Shown here piece by piece: positions 29,776 to 42,974 of a stretch of 64,000 bases of DNA; position 1 is the stretch's first letter, and each line of letters opens with the position of its first letter. The translations under genes and the position numbers were made by a program. The notes under the pieces are model-generated. The model searched no databases, had not been told where the DNA came from, and worked only from the letters and a program-made list of their open reading frames with translations. Location of the stretch: assembly GCF_006345805.1 (NCBI RefSeq), contig NC_043004.1:104780001-104844000 (forward strand), in the 5' to 3' direction. The stretch comes from Octopus sinensis (lineage: Eukaryota).

Positions 29776-30749
29776 ATTATTATTTTTTTATAGGAAATGT
29801 TATACTTCGTAAAATGTTTAACTTAGCTTAATCTATTTGTATCAATTTATAGATTCCAAATTTTCAAATCTTCCTCAGCTTAACTTAATCTAGAAGAAAT
29901 TTCTCTTCCCCATAATAGGTAAGCAGTGGGGGTCACAGCATGTGTTCTCACTACTCTAGCTGCATTTTCTTAAAATGACCACTGAAAACAGGCGACAACA
30001 GTCGTAGTAAGATGAACATGAAGAATGGCTACTCTAACTCACCTTGATGGACAGGACAATAGCAAATAAAATCCTGGATTTTTTTCTGCGCCCAGAAAGA
30101 ACATGCTAAAATGGTCTTATGAAATTTGTTCGTAGAGAAAACATTAATTGTAACTTCAAGAACTTTATTTGCAAATCTTTTCCACAACTTTAGCAAAAAT
30201 TGTTGGTGTATTTCCTTTTCCTTTTTCTTTCTTTTTATATCGTTAATCGGGTGCACTATTCCTTCTTGACTACATACAGCTTTCAAAGATTCTTTTTTCA
30301 TTTCAGATCAAAATTACCTAAGATCTTCAGAAGTAACATTATTTTCCTGTATATAACCTGTGGTTAATAATAGTTCATTTATGTAACTGTATTCAGCAAC
30401 GGACCTTCTCATTGTCTTGAATTTATATTATGATTTAAAGATATTAAATATGCCCTCAAGGATAGGAGGCGGCCCCTTTCAGTCTCACTTTCTGAGACCT
30501 TCTATTCTAGTATGCCACCTTGCTAGCACATAGTAGGCACGGCTAGGGCGTATAAAAGCATGCAACAAACAACATACTGTTTTTCTTTCTTTTTTTTTTT
30601 TCAATAATACCGAGAAGGCGTGCCAATTGGCTTTGGGAAAATCGTGTATGTTAAATAAACTTCAAAATACCAATTATGTTTTCCACGTTTTCCTACAACA
30701 GTACAACACACACACACACACACACACACATATATCACGTGACCACGTG

Positions 30750-30801
<52 letters not shown>

Positions 30802-30997
30802 AAACATACTGTTCCGTTATAGAAAATTCGACAAAGAACGTATTCCATCAGGTGAGAGATAAATACTAAAGACCACAATACATGTCTTTAAGTGCGACTA
30901 ATAGTTTGATATGTTGAGAAGTATTTCAAACATATTCATCAGGTACAAAACACGTGTCATAATGAACTAAAAAAAAAATTGAATAAGAAATTGAATA

Positions 30998-31102
30998 GGC
31001 GTAGGAGTGGCTGTGTGGTAAGTAGCTTGTTACCCAACCACATGGTTCCGGGATCAGCCTTGGGAGTGGATTTGGTAGACGGAAACTGAAAGAAGCCCGT
31101 CG
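30998..31102 (+). mobile_element. 5' half of a family A SINE split by the Penelope palindrome
   Basis: Head ggcgtaggagtggctgtgtggtaag to gaagcccgtcg then (TA)n; the 3' half resumes at ~36240. Confidence 0.85.
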
Positions 31103-31141
31103 TATATATGTATATATATATATATATTATATTATATAGTG

Positions 31142-31202
<61 letters not shown>

Positions 31203-31207
<5 letters not shown>

Positions 31208-33566
31208 ATACAATATGTTACATTACTCGGTAGTCAAGATAAAACTCTGAGTTTCAGATGCCGAAGTGGAAATCCACAACACCATCTCTTCGGTTATCTG
31301 GCTATTTGAAAACGTTATGAAAAAATACCGTTAAAAATGAAGGGAAATTACTCTGTTATAACTCTGCTTTGCCTGCGTACTTATACATCGCTCGCATTTT
31401 TCGTCATAAAAATTATATAAAAATACATAAATATATAAAAATATATAAAATCTTCTTGGGACATAACACAGAAAGCATGTTCTATCCGTTTCTTTAGGGG
31501 ACCAAAAACGTAACAGAAATTTAGTCACATGTGGGCATGATCCGAAAAGCTCTGTCCTTGTATTTAGACATGTGGTAGGGTCTAAGCTGCTTTTCCAGAT
31601 AAGCCATCTCTCCATGTCGCATAAACCGCACCTTCCGCTGCCGTTAGTATAGGGCTTACATCTGGCCAAAATCTTCCATTGTATGTTATAATCGACACCT
31701 TTATCTCTTAAAGACCAAATATGATTGGATAATTGTGTCGCTTTTCTTTTGTTCCAGTGCCTAAAGCTCAAAGTGTGGTTATTGAACCTGGCCTTGAAAT
31801 TACCCTCTGTCAGGCCCACGTATTTCTTCGTCGAAACGGGTCTTTAGTGGTTATAGAGTTTACGGTAGCTTCATATATGATGGTCTTGGACATGCAAGCT
31901 CCATTTAGCGGGCACAATTCTTTATTCCTGCATGAACAGCTGTTTTCTTCTTGTGTTTTTTGTATGTTATGATTGATTATGTTTTTAAATTGGTAGTTGA
32001 ACTAAAACTAATTTTTAAATTGTGTCTATTGAAGAGTTTCCTATAAGCATGGTTAACTGGAAAATGTCTATTTATCAGTGCTAGGAAATATTTACCTATA
32101 TTGAAGGCCACCTCGGGTGAGTAAGGGGGCGTAAACCAGATGACCTTCCTATTTCTATTATTCTTTTCCTTATTGTTGGGCTGGTGATAGGTGTATATTT
32201 TATTTTTTCGCTAAAACCACTATCTTTTAAAGCTTTATTTAAACTGGGGCAACGCTATTGAAGATGTCCTCATTAGATGAGAGGCTAGAAATCCTCTTAC
32301 TAATATTTTTAACTAAATTTTTGAATACTATAGGGGATGGCATGAACCTACATTAATATAACTTAGTCTATCATTGGGCTTCCTATAAGGCTTATAATAT
32401 TATTATTAAGATCTAAGGAAACGTCTAAGAAATTGACAACCGTCAGGTTAGTGTCTATAGTTATACTAAGTCCGAAGTGTTTCATTAACTGGATAATATC
32501 CTTCCTAAAACGATCTTGTGCTGGTCCATTTGTATTAGCTGTTAAGGCGAGGGCATCATCTTTGTAGATGGCGAAATGTACGTTAGGGAATGTCTTACCG
32601 AAGGTATCTAGGAGAAAGAGTCCAATTAGATCACAGATGCCTGCCCCATCATATGAACCCATGCTCACATCGAAAGCGCCCTCCGTGTCGGTGTTTTTTA
32701 CCCACTTTGCATTCTCACTGAAAAGTAATGTCTTTCTAGCATGGAAGATTATATCCTTATCATTGGTACTAATTTCTATGAAGTCACTAGCGAAGATTAG
32801 GGCTTTATCTAGCAGTTCTTTAGAGATAGAGGCATAAAAATCAACAATATCGAATTGTGTAAACCTCGCTTTTTTCTTATTCTTAATAGCTTTAAACCAG
32901 TCTACGACTTCTATACTATTGGACCATTGCACTAGCCTAGTATCGGTCTTAATTTTCGTATTTATTTTATCTAAAATTTCTTTGCTAATAATCCCTAGTT
33001 CTGACTTGGCTGGGTTGATAAGCCTACATTTAGGGTTGGAAAGGAAGTTTTCTTTGTGGTCTTTAATAGTAATAAAGCCTCTTTTTGGGGGAGGGTTTCT
33101 ATTTTTTTATCTAATTTAAGTTTAGCGGCGATGACGCTAGCTTCTTTATTAATTTCGTTATATGTCTGTGCCCTAGCCTTAGTATAATTATTAATGATGC
33201 TGTTGTGTAAGAGTTGGTGTATTTGCTGTTATCTACCAGGTATAAGTTCTTGGTTTTATCCGAAAAAAGTGCTTTTTTCTTGGAGCTTTTTATATGATCA
33301 ATATCTTTTTTCAATTTATGTTGGAAATTGTTAAAAGACTTACGAAATTTTATTTTGCTCATGATCTTCAGCAGGTCCGCTTCGAAATCTTCCAAGCCTT
33401 TAATCCTAGGAGGGAATTTTTTGGATTAGTTATTCTCAACTAAGAGCTAATACGACCTTTTTGGGATTATCGCCTAACATCGGTTGAGGACTCTCACAAA
33501 CAAAAGAATCTAATATGGACGCATATCACATAGATTATTCTATGAAAAATATACCGATCCCATCAA
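31203..33566 (-). mobile_element. Penelope-like element, left (inverted) arm
   Basis: Reverse complement of 33698-36068; ORF fragments 33111-33395, 32363-32932 and 31331-31819 match those of the right arm. Confidence 0.95.
31237..31299 (-). ncRNA. Type I hammerhead ribozyme (variant core), left-arm copy
   Basis: Mirror image of 35972-36034. Confidence 0.68.
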
Positions 33567-35787
33567 AGGATTTTTACTCTAAGAAACTTCTGCAAAAAAT
33601 TACTGATGTAATTAAGCGTATGAGATGGAAGGCTTTCTTTTTTGACACAGAAGCGAACACCAAGGAAAACATTTGCTATCGGATAAAATCCAAAAAATTG
33701 ATGGGATCGGTATATTTTTCATAGAATAATCTATGTGATATGCGTCCATATTAGATTCTTTTGTTTGTGAGAGTCCTCAACCGATGTTAGGCGATAATCC
33801 CAAAAAGGTCGTATTAGCTCTTAGTTGAGAATAACTAATCCAAAAAATTCCCTCCTAGGATTAAAGGCTTGGAAGATTTCGAAGCGGACCTGCTGAAGAT
33901 CATGAGCAAAATAAAATTTCGTAAGTCTTTTAACAATTTCCAACATAAATTGAAAAAAGATATTGATCATATAAAAAGCTCCAAGAAAAAAGCACTTTTT
34001 TCGGATAAAACCAAGAACTTATACCTGGTAGATAACAGCAAATACACACAACTCTTACACAACAGCATCATTAATAATTATACTAAGGCTAGGGCACAGA
34101 CATATAACGAAATTAATAAAGAAGCTAGCGTCATCGCCGCTAAACTTAAATTAGATAAAAAATAGAAACCCTCCCCCAAAAAGAGGCCTTTATTACTATT
34201 AAAGACCACAAAGAAAACTTCCTTTCCAACCCTAAATGTAGGCTTATCAACCCAGCCAAGTCAGAACTAGGGATTATTAGCAAAGAAATTTTAGATAAAA
34301 TAAATACGAAAATTAAGACCGATACTAGGCTAGTGCAATGGTCCAATAGTATAGAAGTCGTAGACTGGTTTAAAGCTATTAAGAATAAGAAAAAAGCGAG
34401 GTTTACACAATTCGATATTGTTGATTTTTATGCCTCTATCTCTAAAGAACTGCTAGATAAAGCCCTAATCTTCGCTAGTGACTTCATAGAAATTAGTACC
34501 AATGATAAGGATATAATCTTCCATGCTAGAAAGACATTACTTTTCAGTGAGAATGCAAAGTGGGTAAAAAACACCGACACGGAGGGCGCTTTCGATGTGA
34601 GCATGGGTTCATATGATGGGGCAGGCATCTGTGATCTAATTGGACTCTTTCTCCTAGATACCTTCGGTAAGACATTCCCTAACGTACATTTCGCCATCTA
34701 CAAAGATGATGCCCTCGCCTTAACAGCTAATACAAATGGACCAGCACAAGATCGTTTTAGGAAGGATATTATCCAGTTAATGAAACACTTCGGACTTAGT
34801 ATAACTATAGACACTAACCTGACGGTTGTCAATTTCTTAGACGTTTCCTTAGATCTTAATAATAATATTTATAAGCCTTATAGGAAGCCCAATGATAGAC
34901 TAAGTTATATTAATGTAGGTTCATGCCATCCCCCTATAGTATTCAAAAATTTAGTTAAAAATATTAGTAAGAGGATTTCTAGCCTCTCATCTAATGAGGA
35001 CATCTTCAATAGCGTTGCCCCAGTTTATAATAAAGCTTTAAAAGATAGTGGTTTTAGCGAAAAAATAAAATATACACCTATCACCAGCCCAACAATAAGG
35101 AAAAGGAATAATAGAAATAGGAAGGTCATCTGGTTTACGCCCCCTTACTCACCCGAGGTGGCCTTCAATATAGGTAAATATTTCCTAGCACTGATAGATA
35201 GACATTTTCCAGTTAACCATGCTTATAGGAACTCTTCAATAGACACAATTTAAAAATTAATTTTAGTTCAACTACCAATTTTAAAAACATAATCAATCAT
35301 AACATACAAAAAACACAAGAGAAAACAGCTGTTCATGCAGGAATAAAGAATTGTGCTCGCTAAATGGAGCTTGCATGTCCAAGACCATCATATATGAAGC
35401 TACCGTAAACTCTATAACCACTAAAGACACCGTTTCGACGAAGAAATACGTGGGCCTGACAGAGGGTAATTTCAAGGCCAGGTTCAAAACCACACTTTGA
35501 GCTTTAGGCACTGGAACAAAAGAAAAGCGACACAATTATCCAATCATATTTGGTCTTTAAGAGATAAAGGTGTCGATTATAACATACAATGGAAGATTTT
35601 GGCCAGATGTAAGCCCTATACTAACGGCAGCGGAAGGTGCGGTTTATGCGACATGGAGAGATGGCTTATCTGGAATAGCAGCTTAGACCCTACCACATGT
35701 CTAAATACAAGGACAGAGCTTTTCGGATCATGCCCACATGTGACTAAATTTCTGTTACGTTTTTGGTCCCCTAAAGAAAACGGCTAG
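33515..35787 (+). CDS. Penelope-like RT + GIY-YIG endonuclease ORF (~700 aa reconstructed), interrupted by a 150-bp inverted insertion (33700-33849) and several 1-bp indels
   Basis: N-terminus YSMKNIPIPSK...KRMRWKAFFF; RT motifs QFDIVDFYASI, MGSYDGAGICDLIG, YKDDAL, VNFLDVSLDL, YKPYRKPN; endonuclease CSCRNKELC..NGAC, IIYEATV, KYVGLT..FKARFNNH, RCGLCD. Confidence 0.9.
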
Positions 35788-36130
35788 AACATGCTTTCTG
35801 TGTTATGTCCCAAGAAGATTTTATATATTTTTATATATTTTTATGTATTTTTATATAATTTTTATGACGAAAAATGCGAGCGATGTATAAGTACGCAGGC
35901 AAAGCAGAGTTATAACAGAGTAATTTCCCTTCATTTTTAACGGTATTTTTTCATAACGTTTTCAAATAGCCAGATAACCGAAGAGATGGTGTTGTGGATT
36001 TCCACTTCGGCATCTGAAACTCAGAGTTTTATCTTGACTACCGAGTAATGTAACATATTGTATAGATAAATTTCCTCTATTTACATAATATTGAGGTCTC
36101 TTTCTTTCTTTTGTTATCTTACCGTTTTAT

Positions 36131-36132
<2 letters not shown>
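33698..36132 (+). mobile_element. Penelope-like element, right arm plus ~60-bp unpaired 3' tail
   Basis: ORFs 33869-34165, 34333-35253, 35497-35787; pseudo-LTR with hammerhead; followed by (TA)n. Confidence 0.95.
35972..36034 (+). ncRNA. Type I hammerhead ribozyme (variant core CCGAAGA...GAAA, GUU site)
   Basis: Stem I agataa/ttatct; core ccgaaga; stem II gatg/catc enclosing gtgga-tt-tccac; gaaa; stem III act/agt with cag loop; located in the PLE 3' region, where hammerheads are known to occur. Confidence 0.7.
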
Positions 36133-36181
<49 letters not shown>

Positions 36182-36186
36182 GTATG

Positions 36187-36220
<34 letters not shown>

Positions 36221-36239
36221 TGTATGTATGTATGTGTGT

Positions 36240-36455
36240 GTATATGTTTGTGTGTCTGTCTTTGTCCCCCCCAACATCGCTTGACAACCGATGCTGGTGT
36301 ATTTACGTCCCCGTAACTTATCGGCTTGGCAAAACAGACCGATAGAATAAGTACTAGGCTTACAAAGAAAAGTCCTGGAGTCGATTTGCTCGACCAAAGG
36401 CGGTGCTCCAGTATGGCCACAGTCACATGACTGAAACAAATAAAAGAGTAAAAGA
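36240..36455 (+). mobile_element. 3' half of the split family A SINE
   Basis: tttgtccccccc-aacatcgcttgacaaccgatgctgg to tgactgaaacaaataaaagagt. Confidence 0.85.
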
Positions 36456-36550
36456 GAGTAAAGAGTAAGAGGAGAAACGCGAAAAAACTGAGAAAGCAAC
36501 AGAAAGAAAACGTGGAAGTTTAAAGAAACGGAAAACGAAAAACTCATACA

Positions 36551-36581
<31 letters not shown>

Positions 36582-37502
36582 ACACACACACACACATACA
36601 CACACACATACACACACACATACACACACATACACATACACACACACATACACACACACATACACACACACATACACACACACAGACATACACACACACA
36701 CACACACACACACATACACACACACATACACACACACAAATTTTCTTTCTAAGCCTAGCACTTATTCTATCGGCTCCTCTTGCCGAACCGTTGGGTTACG
36801 GGGACGTAAACACACCAACGCCGGTGGAGGGGGAACAAACACAGAAACAAACACACGCACACACACACGCGCGCGCGCGCGCACAGACACACGTGCGCGC
36901 GCACACACACAAATACATGCCTTGAAACAATGCAAGGCTCACCCAAAAGAAACCGGAATTTTGCCATATCATTTTATTCACTCAGTGTTACCTGTTTTTA
37001 CTTTTATCATCTTTAAAGCATTCTCCATTTGACGCACTGCATCAGTTCCTGACGCGTTTCCCACTCTTCGAAGCAGTCTTAGAACTCTTGCAAAGTGATA
37101 CCGTTTAACGCCTCCGTTTTTTCTTCACCTCTTCCACATTTGCAAAACGTTTCCTTATAAGAACGTTTTTTTTTTTTCGGGAGAACAAAAAAGTCGCAGG
37201 ATGCAAGATCGGGTGAATAGGGAGCCTGAACCACAACAGGCTTATCCTATAGAGAACATTTCCGGTTACTTTTGGGTACCTCCTCGTATATATATATATG
37301 CGACGGGTTTCTTTTAGTTTCCGTCTTCCAGATCCACTGACAAGGGTTTGATCGGCCTAACTCTATAATAGAAATTTGCCCAAGGTACCAAGCAGTGGGA
37401 ATGAACCCGGAACCATGTAGCTGAGAAGCAAACTTCTTACCATACAACCACTCCTGTGCCCATTATATATATACATACATATATATATACATATACATAT
37501 AC

Positions 37503-37703
<201 letters not shown>

Positions 37704-37899
37704 ATTTGGGGTGGTCATGTTGCCAGTTTAGGCAATAAAATCACATGCACTATATATTTGGTGTTCACTTGGTTCAGCTTTATTTTATTGTATTTTATTG
37801 TATTTCGGCCAGTGTTCTTTCGTCACACGTCTGTGACCTCATCAGTGGGCCTTTGCTTTCTTCTTTTTTTTGTGTGTCTGTGTGTCTCTCCTTACTAAT

Positions 37900-38830
37900 G
37901 ATCTGCCATTTTGACAAAGCTTATTGTGGTTTGTTTTGGAAATAGTGGAGACCCAGACAGGGCTAGCGTAATCAATTGATGGACTAAATGTATTCATGAT
38001 ACACCACTGTGTTGCACCTTTCTGTTAATTAAATGCTGTATCTGTGATTGCTCCTTGTTTGTGTATCGTTTGCTTACTACGCAGTCTTTTATGCATTGTG
38101 AATGTTGCTGCGGTGTTGAATGTAATTCTCAGTATTCTCTTTTACTCTTTTACTCTTTTACTTGTTTCAGTCATTTGACTGTGGCCATGCTGGAGCACCG
38201 CCTTTTAGTCGAGCAAATCGACCCCAGGACTTATTCTTTGTGAGCCTAGTACTTAGTCTATCGGTCTCTTTCACCTAACAGCTAAGTTACGGGGATGTAA
38301 ACACACCAGCATCGGTTGTCAAGTGATGTTGGGTGGGGGGACAAACACAGACATACAAACACACACACACACCACACACACACAGATATACATATATACG
38401 ACGGGCTTCTTTCAGTTTCCGTGTAACAAATCCACTCACAAGGCTTCGATCGGCCCGACATTTGCCCAAGGTTCTACGCAGTGGGACTGAACCCGGAACC
38501 ATGTGGTTGATAAGCAAGATACTTACCAGACAGCCACTCCTACGCCTATTCTGTTGTTTTTTTTTGTATGTAGTAGAATTATGCTGATTATGTCGATCAT
38601 GTTACTTACTTGCATTTGATACTCTCTAATGTTGTTGAGACATTGGGTTTTATAGGTATTAATTTAATACTGTTGTGGTCTTAGATCCAGATGTCAAAGT
38701 AATTGATTTTGGAGCAGAGCTGCCGCAGTGTCAGGAAGATGTTATGAAAATGTGAGTTGAGGTTATGTAGATGTTTTGAAGAATCAACGAAGGAGTCTCA
38801 ATCATCTAGAAATAGCAGATAAATCTCCTC
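37900..38830 (-). pseudogene. Degenerate non-LTR (I/Jockey-like) RT remnant interrupted by a SINE
   Basis: Minus-strand peptides FLDD (YADD-like), ITFNTAATFTMHK (LGITFD..L.F..H-like), YASPVWVSTISKTNHNKL. Confidence 0.45.
38136..38546 (-). mobile_element. SINE family A, full length
   Basis: Complete head and tail; tattct on both sides. Confidence 0.88.
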
Positions 38831-41800
38831 ATTCCAGTCTATTGCCTTAAAATGGGTGAATATGGAGGATAAAGTAGTCTTGATTATATTGTGCTAGAAA
38901 ATTAGACAAGGTTGTTATGCGTTGAGAACTCACCGAACGATGAAATTTCAACACACCATAACAGATAAATAAACGCGGTTTTATATATAATTCGTTGTAA
39001 CTAACACTACTTTGTGGAATAAAACGTGTGTTACTTTGTGTATGCATGAATGCACGTGCGTGTAATACACGAATATATGCATATATATATAAATGCATAC
39101 ACACACGTACAAAGGCATACACACATGCACACACACACACAAACTCACTCACTCTCTCTCACTCTCTCTCCCCCACCCACACACACACACAAACACGCGC
39201 GCGCACACTTACACACACACACACACACACATGCATACACACGGCAGGCTTTCGGTTTCCGTCAACCAAATCCACTCACATAGCTTCGGTTGGCCCGAGG
39301 CTATAGCAAAAGACAATTGTCCAAAGTTTTATGCGGTGGGACTGAACCCGGAACCCTGTGGCTGGGAAACAAGCTTCTTACCACATTGCCACGTAAATGT
39401 TACGGATCCACACTGATTTAAGTTGGCATAATTGTAAAGGAAAATGTAAAAATACACATTTTATTGTTTCTTTTTTTACGCCTGCACCTCATTTGGAGAA
39501 GGCGCCGTATGTATGCATCTACTTATGTATGTCTGTATGTATGTATGTATGTATGTATGTATGTATGTATGTATGTATGTATGTACGTATGTATGTACGT
39601 ATGTATGTATGTATGTATGTATGTATGTATGTATGTATGTATGTATGTATGTATGCATGTATGACCGTATACATGTTTCAGGATGTGGTACCAAAGCTAA
39701 GATAAGTGGTCTAAGTGTCAAAAGTGAGATGCTGTTCATAGATTACTTAAGGACTTCAGACAGGCGAGTTCAGACGACTATGTGATAAAATGAATCTTTG
39801 TTGACCGAAAACAATTAATCTAGCCTGTTGAAGGTCGACTATTTCCTAGGACTTGCTTCTTTGAATAAAATATTTCAAGCCTTTCATTTGAATTAAACTG
39901 TAACAACAGATTAGAGTGATAAACCTACTGATAATATCTCGCTTCTCGGAAATATATCTCCTCTTATATGAGTCTTAAACAAATCTTAATTCTTCATGTT
40001 CTTCACACAGGCTTTCTGTTTTATGTGTCTATTTAGAAGTATGTTGCACCTTATTGTAAGTTCAGCGAATATCACTTACAGTGCGTGATAAGAATGGAGA
40101 AGCGCTTAGCGATGTACGGCAAAGCAGCAACGATAGAGGACTGAGTGAAATGTTTTGCCATATTTAGCCACGCCGTTTAACGTTCTGAGCTCAAATCACG
40201 CTGGGGTCCGCTTTGCCTTTCAATACCTCTAGAATCATAACATAAACATAGATGTGAATCAAATGATAACGTCAAATTTATCGACTAAACTTGCAAACTC
40301 ATGATCTTGTGCAGTTTTTCTTTTTTTATTTATTTTATTTTTATTTTTTTATTTTACATTTTATTTTATTTTTCTGGCAGATGGGACATCCATTGTTCAT
40401 GTCCTTTTACAACACTTCCGAGATTTGTAGGAGGAAGAAAGATATCCTCCAACCCGAGATTTGGTCTGAACACTTGCAACAGTGCAGACAGCGCTAAAGG
40501 TACCCAAGGAGCCAGTTTGTCGTGTTAAGCAGGGCGAAAAATTAAGCTTAGAGGTGTAAACATCCAGGATAAAACAGAGTCGTTAGAGTCGAAAAGAATG
40601 TTTTGTGGTATTCGTTTCGACTTTCTGCACTTTGAGTTGAAATCTAGGTGAAATCAGTTTTTGCGGTCGAAAAAAAATAAGTACAAGTCTATGTGGGTGG
40701 GGTGCAGATTGACCGAATTGCTATAGCATGAGACAAGATACCTTCAGGCTCTTAGAGTACCGGGTTCAAAATACTGTGTAGATGTCAAAGACCAGAGTTA
40801 ATCCCTCGACAACAGGAACACTCAGTTCAACTTGTAATTAGCCAATATAACAAATAGTCGTGCAAACAACACAGATGAACTGACAACGGCATATCGTGCT
40901 TCCATCCAGCAGTGAATTAAACACAATCGACTGAAACAGAAAATGTATTCCTGAAAGAAAGATTCGTTGAGTAGAGATACGATCCAAGCTGTTTTCTGTT
41001 CCAATCCCCCAAATTTCTGATTATTTGTATTATTTTACGTTAAATAGTTACTGCTCTTAGGGGTTGAGTCATTGGTAAGCTTACCATAGAGGAGCATTTT
41101 CATTTCTTTTTCTTTTTTATCAGGTGGGAATATATTTTCTATGATCATTTTACAGGATCATCGACAAAGGAGGCAAGTAGGGAGAAGGTAACTTCAAAAC
41201 CGGAAGTCCGAGCTGATTCCTTGAATGAAAAGGACTCTGCTAGAGGCACTCACATTGCCAGGTGGTAGCGTTAAACTAGACGACAGATTAATTCCACCAA
41301 CCAAATAAACCATGCCGGAATTTGAACTCACAAGGCATCCAATCCGACGTTCTTACAATTCCAAAGTTTCTCGTGCTGGATTAGTACTTTAGTTATCGAT
41401 CCTGAAATGATTAAAGGCAAAATTAAGATCGGTGGGATTCGGACTCAGAGCTGCGAGTGTAAGAACAAATCCCACGAGGCATTCTATCCGATAGTCTAAC
41501 GTCTCTGCCAGTTCGCTACCTATTTCAGTCATTGGATGACAAAACTGAGAAAACTTGGATATGCTCAAGTATACTTTGCCTGCCACACAGAATGTTACTC
41601 CAGAACAAACAATAGGGTAACCTATGATGAAAGATTCGGTTTGTATTAGGTACAGGAAACTGTTACATCAAGATAGTGGATCAAAAATGGAGGCCAATTT
41701 AACAGCGTCACCTGTTTCTTGGATCCCTTTAGTGGAGTTTACTACGTAGCAAGAAGTCAGACCGCCCATGTTATTCATGCAAACATTGGTCTACAGCCTT

Positions 41801-42789
41801 TCAGAGTGGATATCAACCATATTGATTGATTCATATAGATGCAAAAATCCTTGGTACTCACTCCTCCTCACTGGTTATTTTTCTTTAGAAAAAGCAACAA
41901 TTTCACGACTAGATCATCCCTTGTTCTAACTTTAGGTTGATTAAATCATACACATTAAATGAATAAGCAATTTATTATTGCTTTTATAGCTCACGAAATA
42001 ACCGTAGTAATACACTGCTTTTAAAACTGAAGCTTCGCTGCAGATCAGTTGAAATTTAGACATAAAATACAAATAAACCAGTGTCATATTTGGTCATATT
42101 TCCTTTTCTTTAATTGAAATCACAATCTGTAATGAAGGCTGTAGTTTGGACTATAATAATGGTTCTTATAATTTCAGAAAGTACTATAAGCTCAAATAGA
42201 CCAAATGAGTTATCTATCAATGTAACAATTATCCGAACGAACAACGAGAATTTATAGCAGGTCGAGCGATCACGTATACATGTTAGAAATAACAGCGAAA
42301 TCTCCCTCAAAACAATGACTCTTAACGTAATAAATTATTCAATTATTCAAAACTACATTATTTAATATTTCATGTTTAAGAGATTATGCATGTGTTGATG
42401 GAGGCTTAGGCTACTATTTTTATAGGTCGGGTGTCCAAGGAGAGATTTTTTCATTGGCCCCTTCATTGTCTAAAGATGTGTTAGTAGTGGGGGGGGGTTG
42501 TGCACGGTTGCAATGAATCATTTTTTTTTAAAAACAGGAGGATGTAATTTGAGGGAAATTTGGCTGTTGTTTTTAGCAGGCTAAGCGATCACACAGAAGT
42601 TCCCTCGTTGACTCACTTTTAGTATTAGTGTAACAGTGTGTCAGTCAGTGTCTAACGAATCATTAGCACTTATGATCAATGCATTTACTATCATTGCAAC
42701 ATGATGTTAGTCTTCATCTAACAGTTTGCTGGCACTAAACAAAGCTGCTTTCAGCATTGATGTAACGATGAATTAGCCTTGCTCTAACC

Positions 42790-42974
42790 CAGTGGTCTCT
42801 AACCTTTTTTTCATTTGCGGTACACTTATATTCTTCTCAAAATTCGGCGGCACACCTGAACTAAAAATGTAACTAAAAGTACAGGGGTAAAAATTATTCG
42901 GGTTACACCACGGCACACCTAGCATCGTCTCGTAGCATACTAGTGTTCTGCGGCATACCGGTTGCAGAGCACTG
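42790..42974. mobile_element. hAT MITE (185 bp) with perfect 8-bp TSD
   Basis: CAGTG...CACTG termini; TSD ctctaacc at 42782-42789 and 42975-42982. Confidence 0.85.

Noticed and set aside
30029-30301. Minus-strand 90-aa ORF
   Set aside because: At most a faint Tc1-like flavour; no motif strong enough to call.
30545-30562. TATA box (gggcgtataaaagc)
   Set aside because: A single motif in AT-rich DNA with no downstream exon evidence.
33515-35787. Selenoprotein-type PLE (in-frame TGA/Sec, reported for some Naiads)
   Set aside because: The conserved Cys positions I could read are TGT/TGC; no in-frame TGA in the reconstructed ORF.
31203-36068. Palindrome as a pure sequencing fold-back artefact
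   Set aside because: Flanks are not mirrored: they are the complementary halves of one SINE, and the right arm has an unpaired tail. Raw-read confirmation is still needed.
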